A DNA stretch of 64,000 nt from Candidatus Uhrbacteria bacterium (GCA_016844925.1 JAERTI010000038.1:66936-130935), one strand, 5' to 3'. Numbered from the stretch's first letter, positions 1-9,820 are shown. The notes: generated from the sequence alone by a model not told the origin. Made by a program: numbers and translations.

Positions 1-257
1 TCAAAGAACAGTTCCGTTTGGCTGCGGCAAGTCACTTTGGCTCAGGTTGGGTCTGGCTGTTGCAGGAGGAGGGGAAGCTCGTGATACGTGATTATCACGA
101 TGCCGATACGCCAGCGGATACAGGTGTAACACCGCTGCTGACACTCGACGTTTGGGAGCATGCGTATTACATCGATCACCGGAACGATCGTGGGGGGTTT
201 ATCGAAGGGTTCTGGAAGCATGTGAACTGGGGGTTCGTGGCAGCACAAATGAACTAA
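1..257 (+). CDS. Fe/Mn superoxide dismutase, C-terminal fragment (gene starts upstream of window)
   Basis: In-frame ORF runs off the 5' edge. The C-terminal motif ...LDVWEHAYYIDHRNDR... is the Fe/Mn-SOD signature. Confidence 0.8.
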   Translation, partial: KEQFRLAAASHFGSGWVWLLQEEGKLVIRDYHDADTPADTGVTPLLTLDVWEHAYYIDHRNDRGGFIEGFWKHVNWGFVAAQMN

Positions 258-266
258 AAATGGACA

Positions 267-295
267 AAACACCCTGGACAAACAGGGTGTTTTGT
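267..295 (+). terminator. rho-independent terminator
   Basis: aaaacaccctggacaaacagggtgttttg. GC stem flanked by an A-tract and a T-tract. Same AAACACCC...GGGTGTTT style recurs across the window. Confidence 0.7.
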
Positions 296-348
296 GTTAG
301 GTTCGGTCCTCGTGCCACGTTGGCACGACGGGTTTCCAGGAGGAAAAC

Positions 349-2196
349 ATGGCAGAAGAACGATCGCGACGACCGTCCGTCATGACCGTGGTGGTCATTT
401 TGGGATGGTTGCTCTTCATCGGTCACACGGTGTGGAGCGACCTGACCAGTACGGAGGTCTCGTACTCGCAGGCCGTAGAGATGGTCGAGACGGGGCGTGT
501 GCAGAGCGTGCTCATCGACGGTGAGATTGCGCGACTGACTCCCGCACCGGAGGTGGAGCTCAACAAGGGGCTCACGGACGACTGGGAGGCACCAGTTCCC
601 GCGGACATGTCCAAGCTCGAGACGGCTCTGTCGGACGCCAAGGTGGAGTACACGGTCAAGCGCGAGGGGTTCCTGAGCAGGTACCTCTGGTGGCTCGTGC
701 CACTGACCGTCTTTGCCTTGATCGGCCTGATCATCGGTACGGCGGCCAGCAAGATCAACCCGAATCTGGAGGTCGGCTCCAAGGAGAAGAAGAAGTCCGG
801 GGGCATCCTCGGCTTCCTGAACCACCGTGGTCGCAAGGCCGAGAAGGTGGACACCAGGTTCTCCGACGTGGCCGGTCAGGACGCCGCCAAGGATCAGCTG
901 CAGGAGATCGTGAATCTCCTGAAGAAGGGCAAGGGCAAGTCCAGGCTCGGAGGCAAGGTCCCCAAGGGGGTCCTGCTGATGGGTCCTCCCGGAACCGGCA
1001 AGACGCTGCTCGCCAAGGCAACCGCCGGTGAGGCAGGGGTGTCCTTCATCCAGATCTCCGGCGCGGACTTCGTCGAGATGTTCGCCGGTGTCGGTGCTGG
1101 GCGCGTGCGCAGCCTGTTCGATCAGGCGCGCAAGGAAGCGCCGTGCATCGTGTTCATCGACGAGATCGATGCCGTGGGCTCCCACCGTTCCAAGGGTGGA
1201 TCCGGCGGAGACGGCGAGCGCGACCAGACCATCAACAAGCTGCTGGTGGAGATGCAGGGCTTCGACGACCTCACGGGCGTCGTGCTCATCGCGGCCACCA
1301 ACCGCTCCGAGAACCTCGACTCGGCCCTCATGGATCGGTTCGATCGCAAGATCACCGTGGGGCTGCCGACGCTCAAGGGACGCGAAGAGATTCTCCGCGT
1401 TCACTCTCGCGGCAAGGTCGTGGGCGAGATCGACTACGCGCAGATCGCCAAGATCACCACCGGCATGTCCGGTCGTGAGCTCGAGCAGCTCTTCAACGAG
1501 GCGGCGCTCATGGGCGAGCGTGAGGGTGCACGTAGCATCACCACCGAGCACCTGCGACGCTGCATCGAGATCGTGGTGGCCGGTCACAAGCGCAAGTCGC
1601 TTCGGCTTACCCCGGAGGACCGTAACGCTGTTGCGGTCCACGAAGCCGGGCACGCCATTGCGCAGGCGGCCCTGGGTCGCCGCGAGCTAGTGATGATGGT
1701 CTCCATCATCCCCAGGTCCAAGGGCTCCTTGGGCCTGAACATGAACACGCCTGAAGACGAGGACGACGCCTTGCTTCGTAACGCCCACGAGCTTCTCGAT
1801 GACGTGGTCATCTTGCTCGCTGGCCGAGCAGCCGAACGGTTGAGCAACGGCAAGGTCTCCACGGCAGCACACGACGACATCAAGCGTGCTACCGAGGTCG
1901 TCCGTGCCTACGTGACGGTCTACGGGTTCTCGCCCAAGCTCAAGAACCTCTCGCTCTACGGCAAGGGGCGTTGGAGCGATCAGACCCAGCAGATCGTCGA
2001 CGAGGAGATCACGCGCATCGTGCGTGAGTGCTACGAGCGCGCGCAAGCGCTCCTCAAGACGAAGACCAACAATCACATGCTGACCCAGATGACGGGCAGG
2101 CTCCTCGATCAGGAGGAGCTCACCAAGGAGGCGCTGCAGATGTTCCTCCGCGAGGTGGAGCCCGCCAAGCCGGTGCAGCTGAGCGCGAGCGCCTAG
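349..2196 (+). CDS. ftsH: ATP-dependent zinc metalloprotease FtsH
   Basis: Two N-terminal TM segments. AAA+ Walker A GPPGTGKT, Walker B IVFIDEID and SRH are present. The zinc-binding HEAGHA motif is present. RBS caggagg precedes the ATG. Confidence 0.93.
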   Translation: MAEERSRRPSVMTVVVILGWLLFIGHTVWSDLTSTEVSYSQAVEMVETGRVQSVLIDGEIARLTPAPEVELNKGLTDDWEAPVPADMSKLETALSDAKVEYTVKREGFLSRYLWWLVPLTVFALIGLIIGTAASKINPNLEVGSKEKKKSGGILGFLNHRGRKAEKVDTRFSDVAGQDAAKDQLQEIVNLLKKGKGKSRLGGKVPKGVLLMGPPGTGKTLLAKATAGEAGVSFIQISGADFVEMFAGVGAGRVRSLFDQARKEAPCIVFIDEIDAVGSHRSKGGSGGDGERDQTINKLLVEMQGFDDLTGVVLIAATNRSENLDSALMDRFDRKITVGLPTLKGREEILRVHSRGKVVGEIDYAQIAKITTGMSGRELEQLFNEAALMGEREGARSITTEHLRRCIEIVVAGHKRKSLRLTPEDRNAVAVHEAGHAIAQAALGRRELVMMVSIIPRSKGSLGLNMNTPEDEDDALLRNAHELLDDVVILLAGRAAERLSNGKVSTAAHDDIKRATEVVRAYVTVYGFSPKLKNLSLYGKGRWSDQTQQIVDEEITRIVRECYERAQALLKTKTNNHMLTQMTGRLLDQEELTKEALQMFLREVEPAKPVQLSASA

Positions 2197-2245
2197 AGCG
2201 CAACCCCCGACAAGACGGTCGGGGATTTTTAATACGCACAAAATA

Positions 2246-2275
2246 AAACACCCCGGACAAGTCCGAGGTGTTTTT
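2246..2275. terminator. bidirectional rho-independent terminator between ftsH and the convergent RRM gene
   Basis: aaaacaccccggacaagtccgaggtgttttt hairpin with an A-tract on one side and a T-tract on the other. Confidence 0.7.
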
Positions 2276-2286
2276 CTGAAAGATGA

Positions 2287-2541
2287 CTATTCAGCCTTTG
2301 GGCGAGCGATCGATACTGTGATAGCACGACCTTCAACCATCTGACCGTCCATGGCTTCCATGGCGGCGTTAGCTGTAGCCTCGTCAGCGTACTCCACGAA
2401 GCCGAAGCCGCGTGAACGTCCGGTGTCGCGATCAGTGATCACGCGTGCGGAAGTGACTTCGCCGTGCGCAGCGAAGAGCTCGCCGAGCTGTGCGTCGTCA
2501 ACGCTCCATGGGAGGGAGCCGACAAATAACTTGTTCAACAT
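2287..2541 (-). CDS. RRM-type RNA-binding protein
   Basis: RNP2-like LFVGSL and RNP1-like RGFGFVEY motifs. Start chosen at MLNKLFVG, internal to the longer ORF. Confidence 0.8.
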   Translation of the reverse strand: MLNKLFVGSLPWSVDDAQLGELFAAHGEVTSARVITDRDTGRSRGFGFVEYADEATANAAMEAMDGQMVEGRAITVSIARPKAE

Positions 2542-2746
2542 GTGAAATGAGAGAACAGAGTGAATTAACAAGCTCTCTGTGATCACGTTGGAACAAGAGA
2601 AGCGCAGATACTATGCCATGGTTTTTTTTGAGAGTCAACGACGTTATAAAGGCATGGATTAAAGAAAAACTTGATTCAATAAAGAAATAACCCGCCGGCG
2701 CTTCGTCGCGCGGCGGGTGGGGGTGGTGGGCGTGCGAGAGTTCTCG

Positions 2747-3037
2747 CTAGCCTACGACCAGCTGGAGGTGACGCGGAGCGCTTGGCTCGCTGGCGTCATC
2801 GAGCTCGAGTTCTTCGAGCTCATCGTCTTGGTGTCCCTGTGTGGAGATTCCGTAGAGGACATCTTCGCTCAGGATGCCGAAAGCGTTCAGTTCGCTCTCG
2901 ATCTCTCCGTCGTGCCAGGGACACAGGGAGGTTTCCTCAACCAGATGTTCCAGGTCGGTATCCGACAAGGGGAACAGCGCGGGAGTCTCGGAGCACAGCG
3001 GACACACGGTGGTGTCCTTGGGGGCAAACCGGATCAT
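2747..3037 (-). CDS. hypothetical small acidic protein with CxxC...CxxH pairs
   Basis: 96-aa ORF with GC-rich codon usage. CPLC and CPWH motifs suggest a possible zinc-binding anti-sigma-like domain. A hairpin terminator lies at 2689-2718. Confidence 0.4.
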   Translation of the reverse strand: MIRFAPKDTTVCPLCSETPALFPLSDTDLEHLVEETSLCPWHDGEIESELNAFGILSEDVLYGISTQGHQDDELEELELDDASEPSAPRHLQLVVG

Positions 3038-3068
3038 GGGAAGACCTTTCTGTTCTGCCTTGAGCGGG

Positions 3069-3524
3069 CTAGAACCGGGGCGTTCCCTCGGTGAAGACCT
3101 TCACGCGGTTGAAGCGCGTGAGCTCGTGCTCGGCTTCGTCCTCGTCCAGTCCGCCGGGGCGGGTGTTGTAGAACGTGCCGCCACGCGCCTGCACGACCTG
3201 CTTGCTCAGCAGGCCGCTGGCGTGGAACAGGGGGAGGTGGTCCTGCTCGAGGTCGATGCGCTTGATCTGGATGCGGAAGCGCTCGAAGACCTCCTTCAGG
3301 TCCTCGATGGCCTTGTGCAGCAGGCCGGTGACCTGCGAGCGCAGGTCCAGGTCCGGGTCGACGGGCATGCCCCAGGTGTGGAGCACATCGTGGCTCGGCT
3401 CTTCGGTGAGCGTGAGCGTGATGCCTCCATCCTCCATCTTGAGCACCAGCAGGTACTGCGACATCTGGGAGGGGGGACGGCCGTCTCGTCGGAGTCTCTC
3501 GGGGTGCTCGCTGAGCGATCCCAT
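3069..3524 (-). CDS. hypothetical protein
   Basis: 151-aa ORF with strong third-position GC. RBS ggaaagga lies 9 nt before the ATG. The long ORFs on other frames here are shadows of this gene. Confidence 0.5.
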   Translation of the reverse strand: MGSLSEHPERLRRDGRPPSQMSQYLLVLKMEDGGITLTLTEEPSHDVLHTWGMPVDPDLDLRSQVTGLLHKAIEDLKEVFERFRIQIKRIDLEQDHLPLFHASGLLSKQVVQARGGTFYNTRPGGLDEDEAEHELTRFNRVKVFTEGTPRF

Positions 3525-3626
3525 ACCAGGGTCCTTTCCGGCAGCATCTCGCCGCCTTGTTCTCCGTGGGCGTGCGCCCGCGGAATCCTCGTTTGAGGCC
3601 CCTTAGAATAGGGGTGTTTTCCCGTT

Positions 3627-4196
3627 TTGTCAATGGATTGGTATGATGGCGTCAGATATATGCGCAGAGTATCGATCACTATTGGACTGCTAGCGTTGTT
3701 GTTTTTTGCTGGCTGTGGAGCAAGTGAGGAGGTCGAGGTGAGCACGCAGCCCGAGGAGACCCTACCAATGGAAACCATCAAAGATGGTTATGTGAATCTA
3801 GCCTATGGCTATGGGTTTGATCCAGCCGAGGGGTATGACGTATGGGAACTCACGCAAGAGCAAACAGCGGCGCCTGCCGGAGAGGAGGCGACGATGGTGT
3901 TTGTGATCGGAGAGGAAGAGAATTTGTTTACGGTTCGGGGGATCGATGGGGCGCGTAGTGCGCATGAGTGGATCTCTCAAGAGCTTTCATTCTTCTACCC
4001 GAGTGGAAATGCCGCGCAGCGCGTGGGGGAGATTGATGGACGTGAGGCGATCTATTTGCGTGGGACGGGGGGTGCGGATTCACCTGCGCATGTTGTGGTT
4101 GTGCAAAATGGGGAGCAGCTCTTGGTGATCTCGTACGATCGGGAAAACAGAGAATTTGATACAATGCTCTCAACGTTTACTTTTCTAGAAACATAG
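3627..4196 (+). CDS. putative lipoprotein
   Basis: Signal peptide with lipobox LFFAGC. No recognisable domain. Confidence 0.55.
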   Translation: MSMDWYDGVRYMRRVSITIGLLALLFFAGCGASEEVEVSTQPEETLPMETIKDGYVNLAYGYGFDPAEGYDVWELTQEQTAAPAGEEATMVFVIGEEENLFTVRGIDGARSAHEWISQELSFFYPSGNAAQRVGEIDGREAIYLRGTGGADSPAHVVVVQNGEQLLVISYDRENREFDTMLSTFTFLET

Positions 4197-4197
4197 T

Positions 4198-5988
4198 ATG
4201 CCCCGTCTTGGATCTTCATCACCCGCAACTGGTGGTCAGCGTAGTGAGCAACCCCCACGACCATTGGATAGTTCGTTCTTGGCCGAGATGGCTAAGCAGG
4301 AGCGTCTGGTGCGTGGAAAGGAGCAACCTGAGGCGGGTCGTCCTTTGTGGGAGCAGCCGGCTGAGGAGGCTCAGGAGTATTGGCTTGATGTTGAGGCGAT
4401 TCTGGCTGGACCGGAAACGGCTGAACAACCAGCAGATCAGCTTCTGTACGTGAGTCCTGATGGAAAAATGATTGTTGGGCACGAGACGGTTGAGGGGGAA
4501 GGGCGTGTGCGGATGATGGATGCCGAGGATGTTCCAGCTGAGGCGAAGGCCATTCGTACCATCGATCAGTTGACGCAAGGGTATGAACGAATGGTTGATA
4601 CGGTGCTCAAGACAGCGGGAGGTGATGAAGATTTTTCAAAGGAGCAGCTCATGGGGATGCGTGAGTCGTTGATTGTTGAAGCGTCTCTTTCTGATGAGCC
4701 AAAGAAAGAATTGATGCAACTGCTGCGTACCATGAGTCGGGCAGAGGGGCGTGAGCAGGAGGCGACGCTCTTGGGTCGGCAGGCGGAGCTTCGAGAAACA
4801 GAGACCGCACTGGCGGCTTCGAGTGACGCGAACGAACAGCAGCAGTTACGCAATAAAGTCCATGCGCTCCGTAAAGAGCTGTATCAGTTGCGTCGAGAAA
4901 TTAATCCGCGTGCGGCAAAAGATGAGCTTCTGAAGATTTTGGAAGATACAGGCGAGGGGCTTGAGCCCATCTGGAGAGACAGGGAGGAGCCAACCAAAGC
5001 GGCTGTTGAGGATCGCATCGATCAGATCAGGGAGATGATGGCGGAGATCGATAAAAAGAAAGAGTTCCGGGTACTTGATGAGCTGAAGTGGTATGCCTAT
5101 AAGAAAGAGCTTCAGGAATTTGAGTTTGTTCTTAAGGCGATGGAGTTTCGTGAGGCGCACCCGCAGCTGTACTCGACAGATTTTGACGTTATGGATGATC
5201 GCCATCCTTGGGATCAAAGGTTGTTTGCTATCGGGAAGGAAATTACCAAGCGGGAGGCTCCTCGGGCTGATGAAGGGGTGAGGGATACATCGGTGTATCG
5301 CATGCTTAAGGATGTCTATCTCGATCCATCTTCTGAGATCCCTGCGGTGAGTGTGATGGAATCGATCTTGAAGTCATCAACGGCCCCTGAGGCACTGAAG
5401 GAGGCGGCGCGGGCTATGAAGGAGGATGTGAGAGAGAGGCGATTGCCTGCACCAGAACAGTTAAGGAAAAAACGAATGGAAGAGCGAAAGGCGCGACAAG
5501 AAGCAGCGGCGGAAGAGCGGCGAGCAAACGCGGAGAAGGCGCGGCTCGCGCGCGAGGCAAAGCGTCAGAGCCCGCTGGAGAAAGCCATGTTGTATTACAA
5601 CCATGGGAGGTCTCGTGAGCGCATCAATTTTTTGAAAGAAGAACTCAACATGAGCGAGGATGAGTTGCTTGCGATCAATAAGACGTTCAAGACCCTTAGG
5701 TCCATTGGAAAGAAAGTTCCTGGTATGTTCAGCGAGCAAGACTTCTCTTGGTCGGAGTTTGTGAATGCACCGCCGAAGGGGAAGCAAAAAGAACGAAAGC
5801 CTGGATTCTTTGCGAAGCTGTTCGGTCTCAAGCCACGGAAGGTGAAGCGCGCTGGGTTTTTCTCGAAGCGTCGGAGAATGATGCGAAAGATTAAGCGACA
5901 GTTTAAACGCATGCCACGCAACCGTCGCCAGCAGGTGGTGATGACGCTTGAGCGGCAGAAGGCGAACGTGTTTGAGCTCAAGGTCTAG
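4198..5988 (+). CDS. hypothetical charged/coiled-coil protein with strongly basic C-terminal tail
   Basis: 596 aa, Glu/Lys/Arg-rich. The C-terminus ...KPRKVKRAGFFSKRRRMMRKIKRQFKRMPRNRRQ is highly basic. The ATG is 1 nt after the upstream stop. Confidence 0.5.
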   Translation: MPRLGSSSPATGGQRSEQPPRPLDSSFLAEMAKQERLVRGKEQPEAGRPLWEQPAEEAQEYWLDVEAILAGPETAEQPADQLLYVSPDGKMIVGHETVEGEGRVRMMDAEDVPAEAKAIRTIDQLTQGYERMVDTVLKTAGGDEDFSKEQLMGMRESLIVEASLSDEPKKELMQLLRTMSRAEGREQEATLLGRQAELRETETALAASSDANEQQQLRNKVHALRKELYQLRREINPRAAKDELLKILEDTGEGLEPIWRDREEPTKAAVEDRIDQIREMMAEIDKKKEFRVLDELKWYAYKKELQEFEFVLKAMEFREAHPQLYSTDFDVMDDRHPWDQRLFAIGKEITKREAPRADEGVRDTSVYRMLKDVYLDPSSEIPAVSVMESILKSSTAPEALKEAARAMKEDVRERRLPAPEQLRKKRMEERKARQEAAAEERRANAEKARLAREAKRQSPLEKAMLYYNHGRSRERINFLKEELNMSEDELLAINKTFKTLRSIGKKVPGMFSEQDFSWSEFVNAPPKGKQKERKPGFFAKLFGLKPRKVKRAGFFSKRRRMMRKIKRQFKRMPRNRRQQVVMTLERQKANVFELKV

Positions 5989-6030
5989 AAAAAGAAAATC
6001 CCGTCGGTTGCGTACCGGCGGGTTTTTGGT

Positions 6031-6888
6031 TCAGTAGAGATTCTGTCTGAACGCTTCAGGACGCGGGTGTCCGGCTTGCGTGGCCCAAGCGTACAGACAA
6101 GCGCTGTCCTTGCCACTGCGAGAACCGGCGAAGTTGAGGAACAGGGCGTGGTGCCAGTAGGGCGAGTCCACGTAGCCACAGAGTCCCACGAGCGGGTCCA
6201 TTCCCCAGCTCAGCCCCAGGCGGCACTCTGCTGTGTAGGCCTGAGATTCGCTGGTGAAGAACTTGCTACAGGCGCTATCGAGGGCCTGTTGGTATTGCTG
6301 ATCATCAAGCGTCCCTTGTTCGGGGATGGTGGGCATGAGGCTTTCACCACGCTTCCATGCGCTGTAGTGCGCATACTCATGCTCGAGCCGGAGCATGAGC
6401 CAGAGCAGATCTTCCTCCGTCTTGATCGTGAGCAGGTATGGCTCTGAAATGATCAGTTCCAGGCGCCCTGAATCCGTTTCACTTTCGACGAAAAACAGAT
6501 TGAAGTCATCGTCCGGATGCAGAAGAGGTTCGATGGCTCCGTCCGTGATCCTCTGGAGTAGGTCCTCGTGCACACCTTCCGATGGGTGCCAGGCGATGGC
6601 TGCCACAAGAGGCTGCAAGACATCCGTACTGGATTTCCACTGGTCCGAGTAGGGAAGCAGTGGAAGCTCCCAACCAGGGGTCCGCGGGGGTTGGGCTCGC
6701 AATGGCCAGTAGCGCGGGTCTTGCTGAAGAAGTTCTTCTCTGAGGTCCGCGGCTCGCTTACTAAGAGCTAAAGACCAATGAGGGAGGGACAGTATGAGGG
6801 TGCATGCTATCAGGAGCATGAGCGTACCTTGGCCGTAAAGCCAGGGATTCTCCTGTGGGTGTTCCACGTAGGCCTCACTTTGCTGCAC
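6031..6888 (-). CDS. membrane-anchored hypothetical protein with HExxH motif (possible zinc peptidase)
   Basis: N-terminal TM helix, then an extracytoplasmic domain containing LEHEYAHY (HExxH). Confidence 0.4.
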   Translation of the reverse strand: MQQSEAYVEHPQENPWLYGQGTLMLLIACTLILSLPHWSLALSKRAADLREELLQQDPRYWPLRAQPPRTPGWELPLLPYSDQWKSSTDVLQPLVAAIAWHPSEGVHEDLLQRITDGAIEPLLHPDDDFNLFFVESETDSGRLELIISEPYLLTIKTEEDLLWLMLRLEHEYAHYSAWKRGESLMPTIPEQGTLDDQQYQQALDSACSKFFTSESQAYTAECRLGLSWGMDPLVGLCGYVDSPYWHHALFLNFAGSRSGKDSACLYAWATQAGHPRPEAFRQNLY

Positions 6889-6965
6889 GAGAGCAGCAGG
6901 AGATGACCTTAGGGGCTCATGGGGGACGTGTCAATGTAAAAGACAGGGTCTAGCCCTGCCTTTGT

Positions 6966-8267
6966 CTATGTCTTGAGAAGTTCTCGTGTGGCCTCTTTGT
7001 AGCTTTCGACAGCCGGTTGATTGAAGGCGTTTACATTCATTAACTTTGCGAGGTACATCATTTCGATCATTCTGAACTGGAGGTAGTAACCAAGCTCGCG
7101 TGGAGTGATGCCCTCCATGTCGATTTCTAGGAATGGACGCTGCTTGTTTTTGTAGGCCGCTTTCACGCCACCGACGATAGCGGCAGTGATTTGCTCCAGG
7201 CTCTTCCCTCCAATGTCCTGCACAAGTCCTGGCATCTTCATTTCTCGTGGAACGAGATTGATGTCGCCCTTGAAGGAGTAGATGATGTTGGTGAACTTGT
7301 CGTCTGGGCCGCCGTAGTAGAGCTGGGCCATGGAGTGGAGGTCGGTTGAGCCGATCGAGACAATCGGCGTGATACCTGCATTCACTACATCTCCATTAAG
7401 GTTTTTTTCTTTTCCAACACTTTCTCCCATGAGCTGTCGATACCACTTTCCGAGTGATTCAAGTTTTGCGGCGTAGACAAAACTGTTGTGAATGGAGCGT
7501 CCGAGTTCTGCGTGAAGGTACGTGCAGGCAGCACTCACGAGAGCGTGGTTACGAGTGAGGTCATCGGAGAGATTGTCTTGCAAGGCGTCGCGTGCTCCGC
7601 TGCGCATGGCTTCTATGTCGATCTTGCCTAGGAGCAGTGGTACTAATCCGACGGCACTCATGACGCTATAGCGACCACCAACCTGTTTAGGGATGGCGAT
7701 GCGGTGGGTTTTGTGTTGCTCGGAGGCTTTCCAAAGGTTGGAGCCTTCGTCGGTGATAAAGCAGAAGCGATCACGGACATCGCCAAACTGTTCTTCAAGT
7801 GATCGCCAGAGGACTTCGGTGTTGGAGATGGTTTCTGTGGTACCTCCAGACTTGCTTACTGAGATAATGGCAAAGTCTTCTCGGCTAGGCATGCGTGAGA
7901 GAATGCGCACCACAGCGGTCATGCGTTCATCTGAGACCGTGTCGAGAAATAGGAGCTTGGGGAGACGGTCATACAGCAGGCTCATGGATCCTGCGATGGC
8001 ATCGTAGACGGCTTGAGTTCCAAGGTTTGAACCTCCAATACCGATGACGACGATGTATTGAAGGGTGGGTGTTTTAATAGCCTCTACAAGCGCTTGTGCG
8101 CGTTCAAGTTGTCCATCGTCAGACGGGAGCTGGAGGGAGCACTCAGGATCGGCATAATCCGTCTTTTGTGCAACGGCCTGTAGGTGGGCGCGGTACTCAT
8201 TGAGCGACGCGGCTGTTTTGGTGAGTTCTGCGTCGTCTATGAGGGTGTGGGTGGCATGGAATTTCAT
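6966..8267 (-). CDS. pgi: glucose-6-phosphate isomerase (short bacterial/archaeal type)
   Basis: 433 aa. The IGIGGSNLG motif and overall PGI-family similarity support the call. Confidence 0.85.
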   Translation of the reverse strand: MKFHATHTLIDDAELTKTAASLNEYRAHLQAVAQKTDYADPECSLQLPSDDGQLERAQALVEAIKTPTLQYIVVIGIGGSNLGTQAVYDAIAGSMSLLYDRLPKLLFLDTVSDERMTAVVRILSRMPSREDFAIISVSKSGGTTETISNTEVLWRSLEEQFGDVRDRFCFITDEGSNLWKASEQHKTHRIAIPKQVGGRYSVMSAVGLVPLLLGKIDIEAMRSGARDALQDNLSDDLTRNHALVSAACTYLHAELGRSIHNSFVYAAKLESLGKWYRQLMGESVGKEKNLNGDVVNAGITPIVSIGSTDLHSMAQLYYGGPDDKFTNIIYSFKGDINLVPREMKMPGLVQDIGGKSLEQITAAIVGGVKAAYKNKQRPFLEIDMEGITPRELGYYLQFRMIEMMYLAKLMNVNAFNQPAVESYKEATRELLKT

Positions 8268-8308
8268 AGTGGAATAATCATACTACGGATGCTGAGAGGG
8301 GGTAAGTA

Positions 8309-8337
8309 GTTGATCCATGGGAGTCTGGATGATAATC
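8309..8337 (+). promoter_or_regulatory. sigma70-like promoter of small peptide gene 1
   Basis: TTGATC-N17-TAATCT, with an overlapping GATAAT. Confidence 0.5.
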
Positions 8338-8378
8338 TGGTTGATGTGCAACAGCCGAAAGGCAGAAAGGAGTGCATC

Positions 8379-8501
8379 ATGCACTGCACGAACGACTTGA
8401 TCGAGAGCGGGATCATCACGAACGAGCTCCAGGACGGCGGCATGATCGATGGCCTCGATGGCGGCATCATCGACAACAAGCTGGTCGACCCCGGCATCTA
8501 G
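8379..8501 (+). CDS. small acidic peptide (40 aa) MHCTNDLIESGIITNELQDGGMIDGLDGGIIDNKLVDPGI
   Basis: Perfect RBS aaaggag 6 nt upstream. Own promoter and own terminator. Confidence 0.5.
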   Translation: MHCTNDLIESGIITNELQDGGMIDGLDGGIIDNKLVDPGI

Positions 8502-8537
8502 CACGACTGCTGATCGCCGACACTGCCCTTACGGGCC

Positions 8538-8566
8538 CCCGGGCTACGGCTCGGGTTTTTATTTTG
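8538..8566 (+). terminator. rho-independent terminator
   Basis: cccgggc-tacg-gctcggg followed by tttttatttt. Confidence 0.6.
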
Positions 8567-8574
8567 GCTCATGC

Positions 8575-8603
8575 TTGATCGATGTAGGGTGGGTTGCTAT
8601 GCT
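8575..8603 (+). promoter_or_regulatory. sigma70-like promoter of small peptide gene 2
   Basis: TTGATC-N17-TATGCT. Confidence 0.5.
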
Positions 8604-8638
8604 GTGTGAGCCAACCAAGGCAACGACCAAGGAGTGCC

Positions 8639-8788
8639 ATGTTCACGACCATCAAGCTCGGAATGCTCAGCGGAGACGACGGCTCGGCCAAGGGTGCCAA
8701 CGCCGACATCTCCATCATCCACCGGCTCGATCACACGCCGATCGACGGTCAGCTCTCCAACCTCAACGACGTCACCGTCGAGTTCTAG
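8639..8788 (+). CDS. small acidic peptide (49 aa) MFTTIKLGMLSGDDGSAKGANADISIIHRLDHTPIDGQLSNLNDVTVEF
   Basis: RBS ccaaggag 6 nt upstream. The cassette is paralogous to the preceding one at the DNA level, with the same -35, RBS context and terminator stem. Confidence 0.5.
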   Translation: MFTTIKLGMLSGDDGSAKGANADISIIHRLDHTPIDGQLSNLNDVTVEF

Positions 8789-8825
8789 CCCGCCGCTAGT
8801 CAGACGAAGACGTACCCTCATGGGT

Positions 8826-8853
8826 CCCGAGCCACGCTCGGGTATTTATTTTG
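8826..8853 (+). terminator. rho-independent terminator (cccgagc-cac-gctcggg + tatttatttt)
   Basis: Perfect 7-bp GC stem plus a T-rich tail. It shares its stem sequence with the terminator at 8538. Confidence 0.65.
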
Positions 8854-8888
8854 TCTAAGAAAAAACTCGCCGAGTGGGCGAGGGGAGG

Positions 8889-9425
8889 CTAGCGGACCTC
8901 GACGTGCGTGGTGCCGAGGAGGTTGCCATCGTGGCGGGCTTCTACCGTCCAGGTGCCGGACTTGCGCAGGGTCTTCTCGTCGCGGGTGCGCCAGGCGGGG
9001 GACGGGCTGGTGATGCGCACGGTCTCGATGCGGTAGGGGGTGTCCGGGACGGACTCGTGGTACCAGATGAACTGGATCTCGATGGGAACAGTGGCGTGTC
9101 GCGGCGTGGCGACGGACACCCAGGCGTAGACCTTGGTGTTCACGGCGCTGGTTGCGATCGCGCCCGTGCTGTTCTTGCCGTCGAGCCCTGCGGCGATGTG
9201 GAACTCGTTCGCACGCACGGTGGTCACGGCGTCCCAGCCCTCCATGAGGGTGCGGTCCGCTTCCATCTGCATCAGGCGATCGACGCGGTCGGGATCCTGA
9301 GCGAGAGCCTCGATCCAGGCCTGCTGCTCGGGGTCGAGCCGCGTGTCCTGGGCGAAGGCGTGGTTGCCGCACAGGGTGAGGGCAAGGGAGCCGACAATGG
9401 CGAGGGGAACCAGGGTTCTCATCAT
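8889..9425 (-). CDS. secreted hypothetical protein
   Basis: Signal peptide MMRTLVPLAIVGSLALTLCGNHAFA. 178 aa with GC-rich codons. Confidence 0.55.
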   Translation of the reverse strand: MMRTLVPLAIVGSLALTLCGNHAFAQDTRLDPEQQAWIEALAQDPDRVDRLMQMEADRTLMEGWDAVTTVRANEFHIAAGLDGKNSTGAIATSAVNTKVYAWVSVATPRHATVPIEIQFIWYHESVPDTPYRIETVRITSPSPAWRTRDEKTLRKSGTWTVEARHDGNLLGTTHVEVR

Positions 9426-9560
9426 TTCCTCCAGGTGGTTGACGAGGCCGCACCTTAACGTCGAAATGCATGTTGGTCAACCGTGTGGATATCTACTTCG
9501 GTCACAAACGTCTAGGTGCTACACTGAATGTATTGAAATTAACTCGTGTCTTATTTACAT

Positions 9561-9785
9561 ATGAAAACATGCAAAAACTGCGGTAAGTGTGGTCCTCACT
9601 GTATTGGGAAGTGGCTCGTCATCATCGGTGGTTTGAACTGGGGACTGATGGGTCTTCTTGGTTACAATGCCGTCGAAGAGCTTCTGGGTGCCTGGCCATG
9701 GCTCGTCACGCTCGTCTACGTACTTGTTGGTCTCTCTGCGGTTCTGATGATCATTGAGAGCAAATGTGGAAAATGTAAGCGATAA
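9561..9785 (+). CDS. DUF378-like small membrane protein with Cys clusters at both ends
   Basis: The core IIGGLNWGLMGLLGYN matches DUF378. CxxCxxCxxxC lies at the N-terminus and CGKC at the C-terminus. Confidence 0.6.
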   Translation: MKTCKNCGKCGPHCIGKWLVIIGGLNWGLMGLLGYNAVEELLGAWPWLVTLVYVLVGLSAVLMIIESKCGKCKR

Positions 9786-9820
9786 AATAAACATCAGGGC
9801 CTGAGCCCTGATTTTTTATT

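Noticed and set aside
199-1653. 484-aa ORF antisense to ftsH
   Set aside because: Shadow ORF typical of GC-rich DNA. ftsH on the opposite strand has unambiguous AAA+ and HExxH motifs. The antisense product is low-complexity Gly/Arg/Leu-rich with no RBS.
2874-3633. Overlapping long ORFs (240 aa on the plus strand, 199 and 161 aa on the minus strand) across the 2.9-3.8 kb GC-rich patch
   Set aside because: They are mutually exclusive. They are Arg/Pro/Gly-rich in the way out-of-frame GC-rich translations are. The 3069-3524 minus-strand frame has the only good RBS and a protein-like composition.
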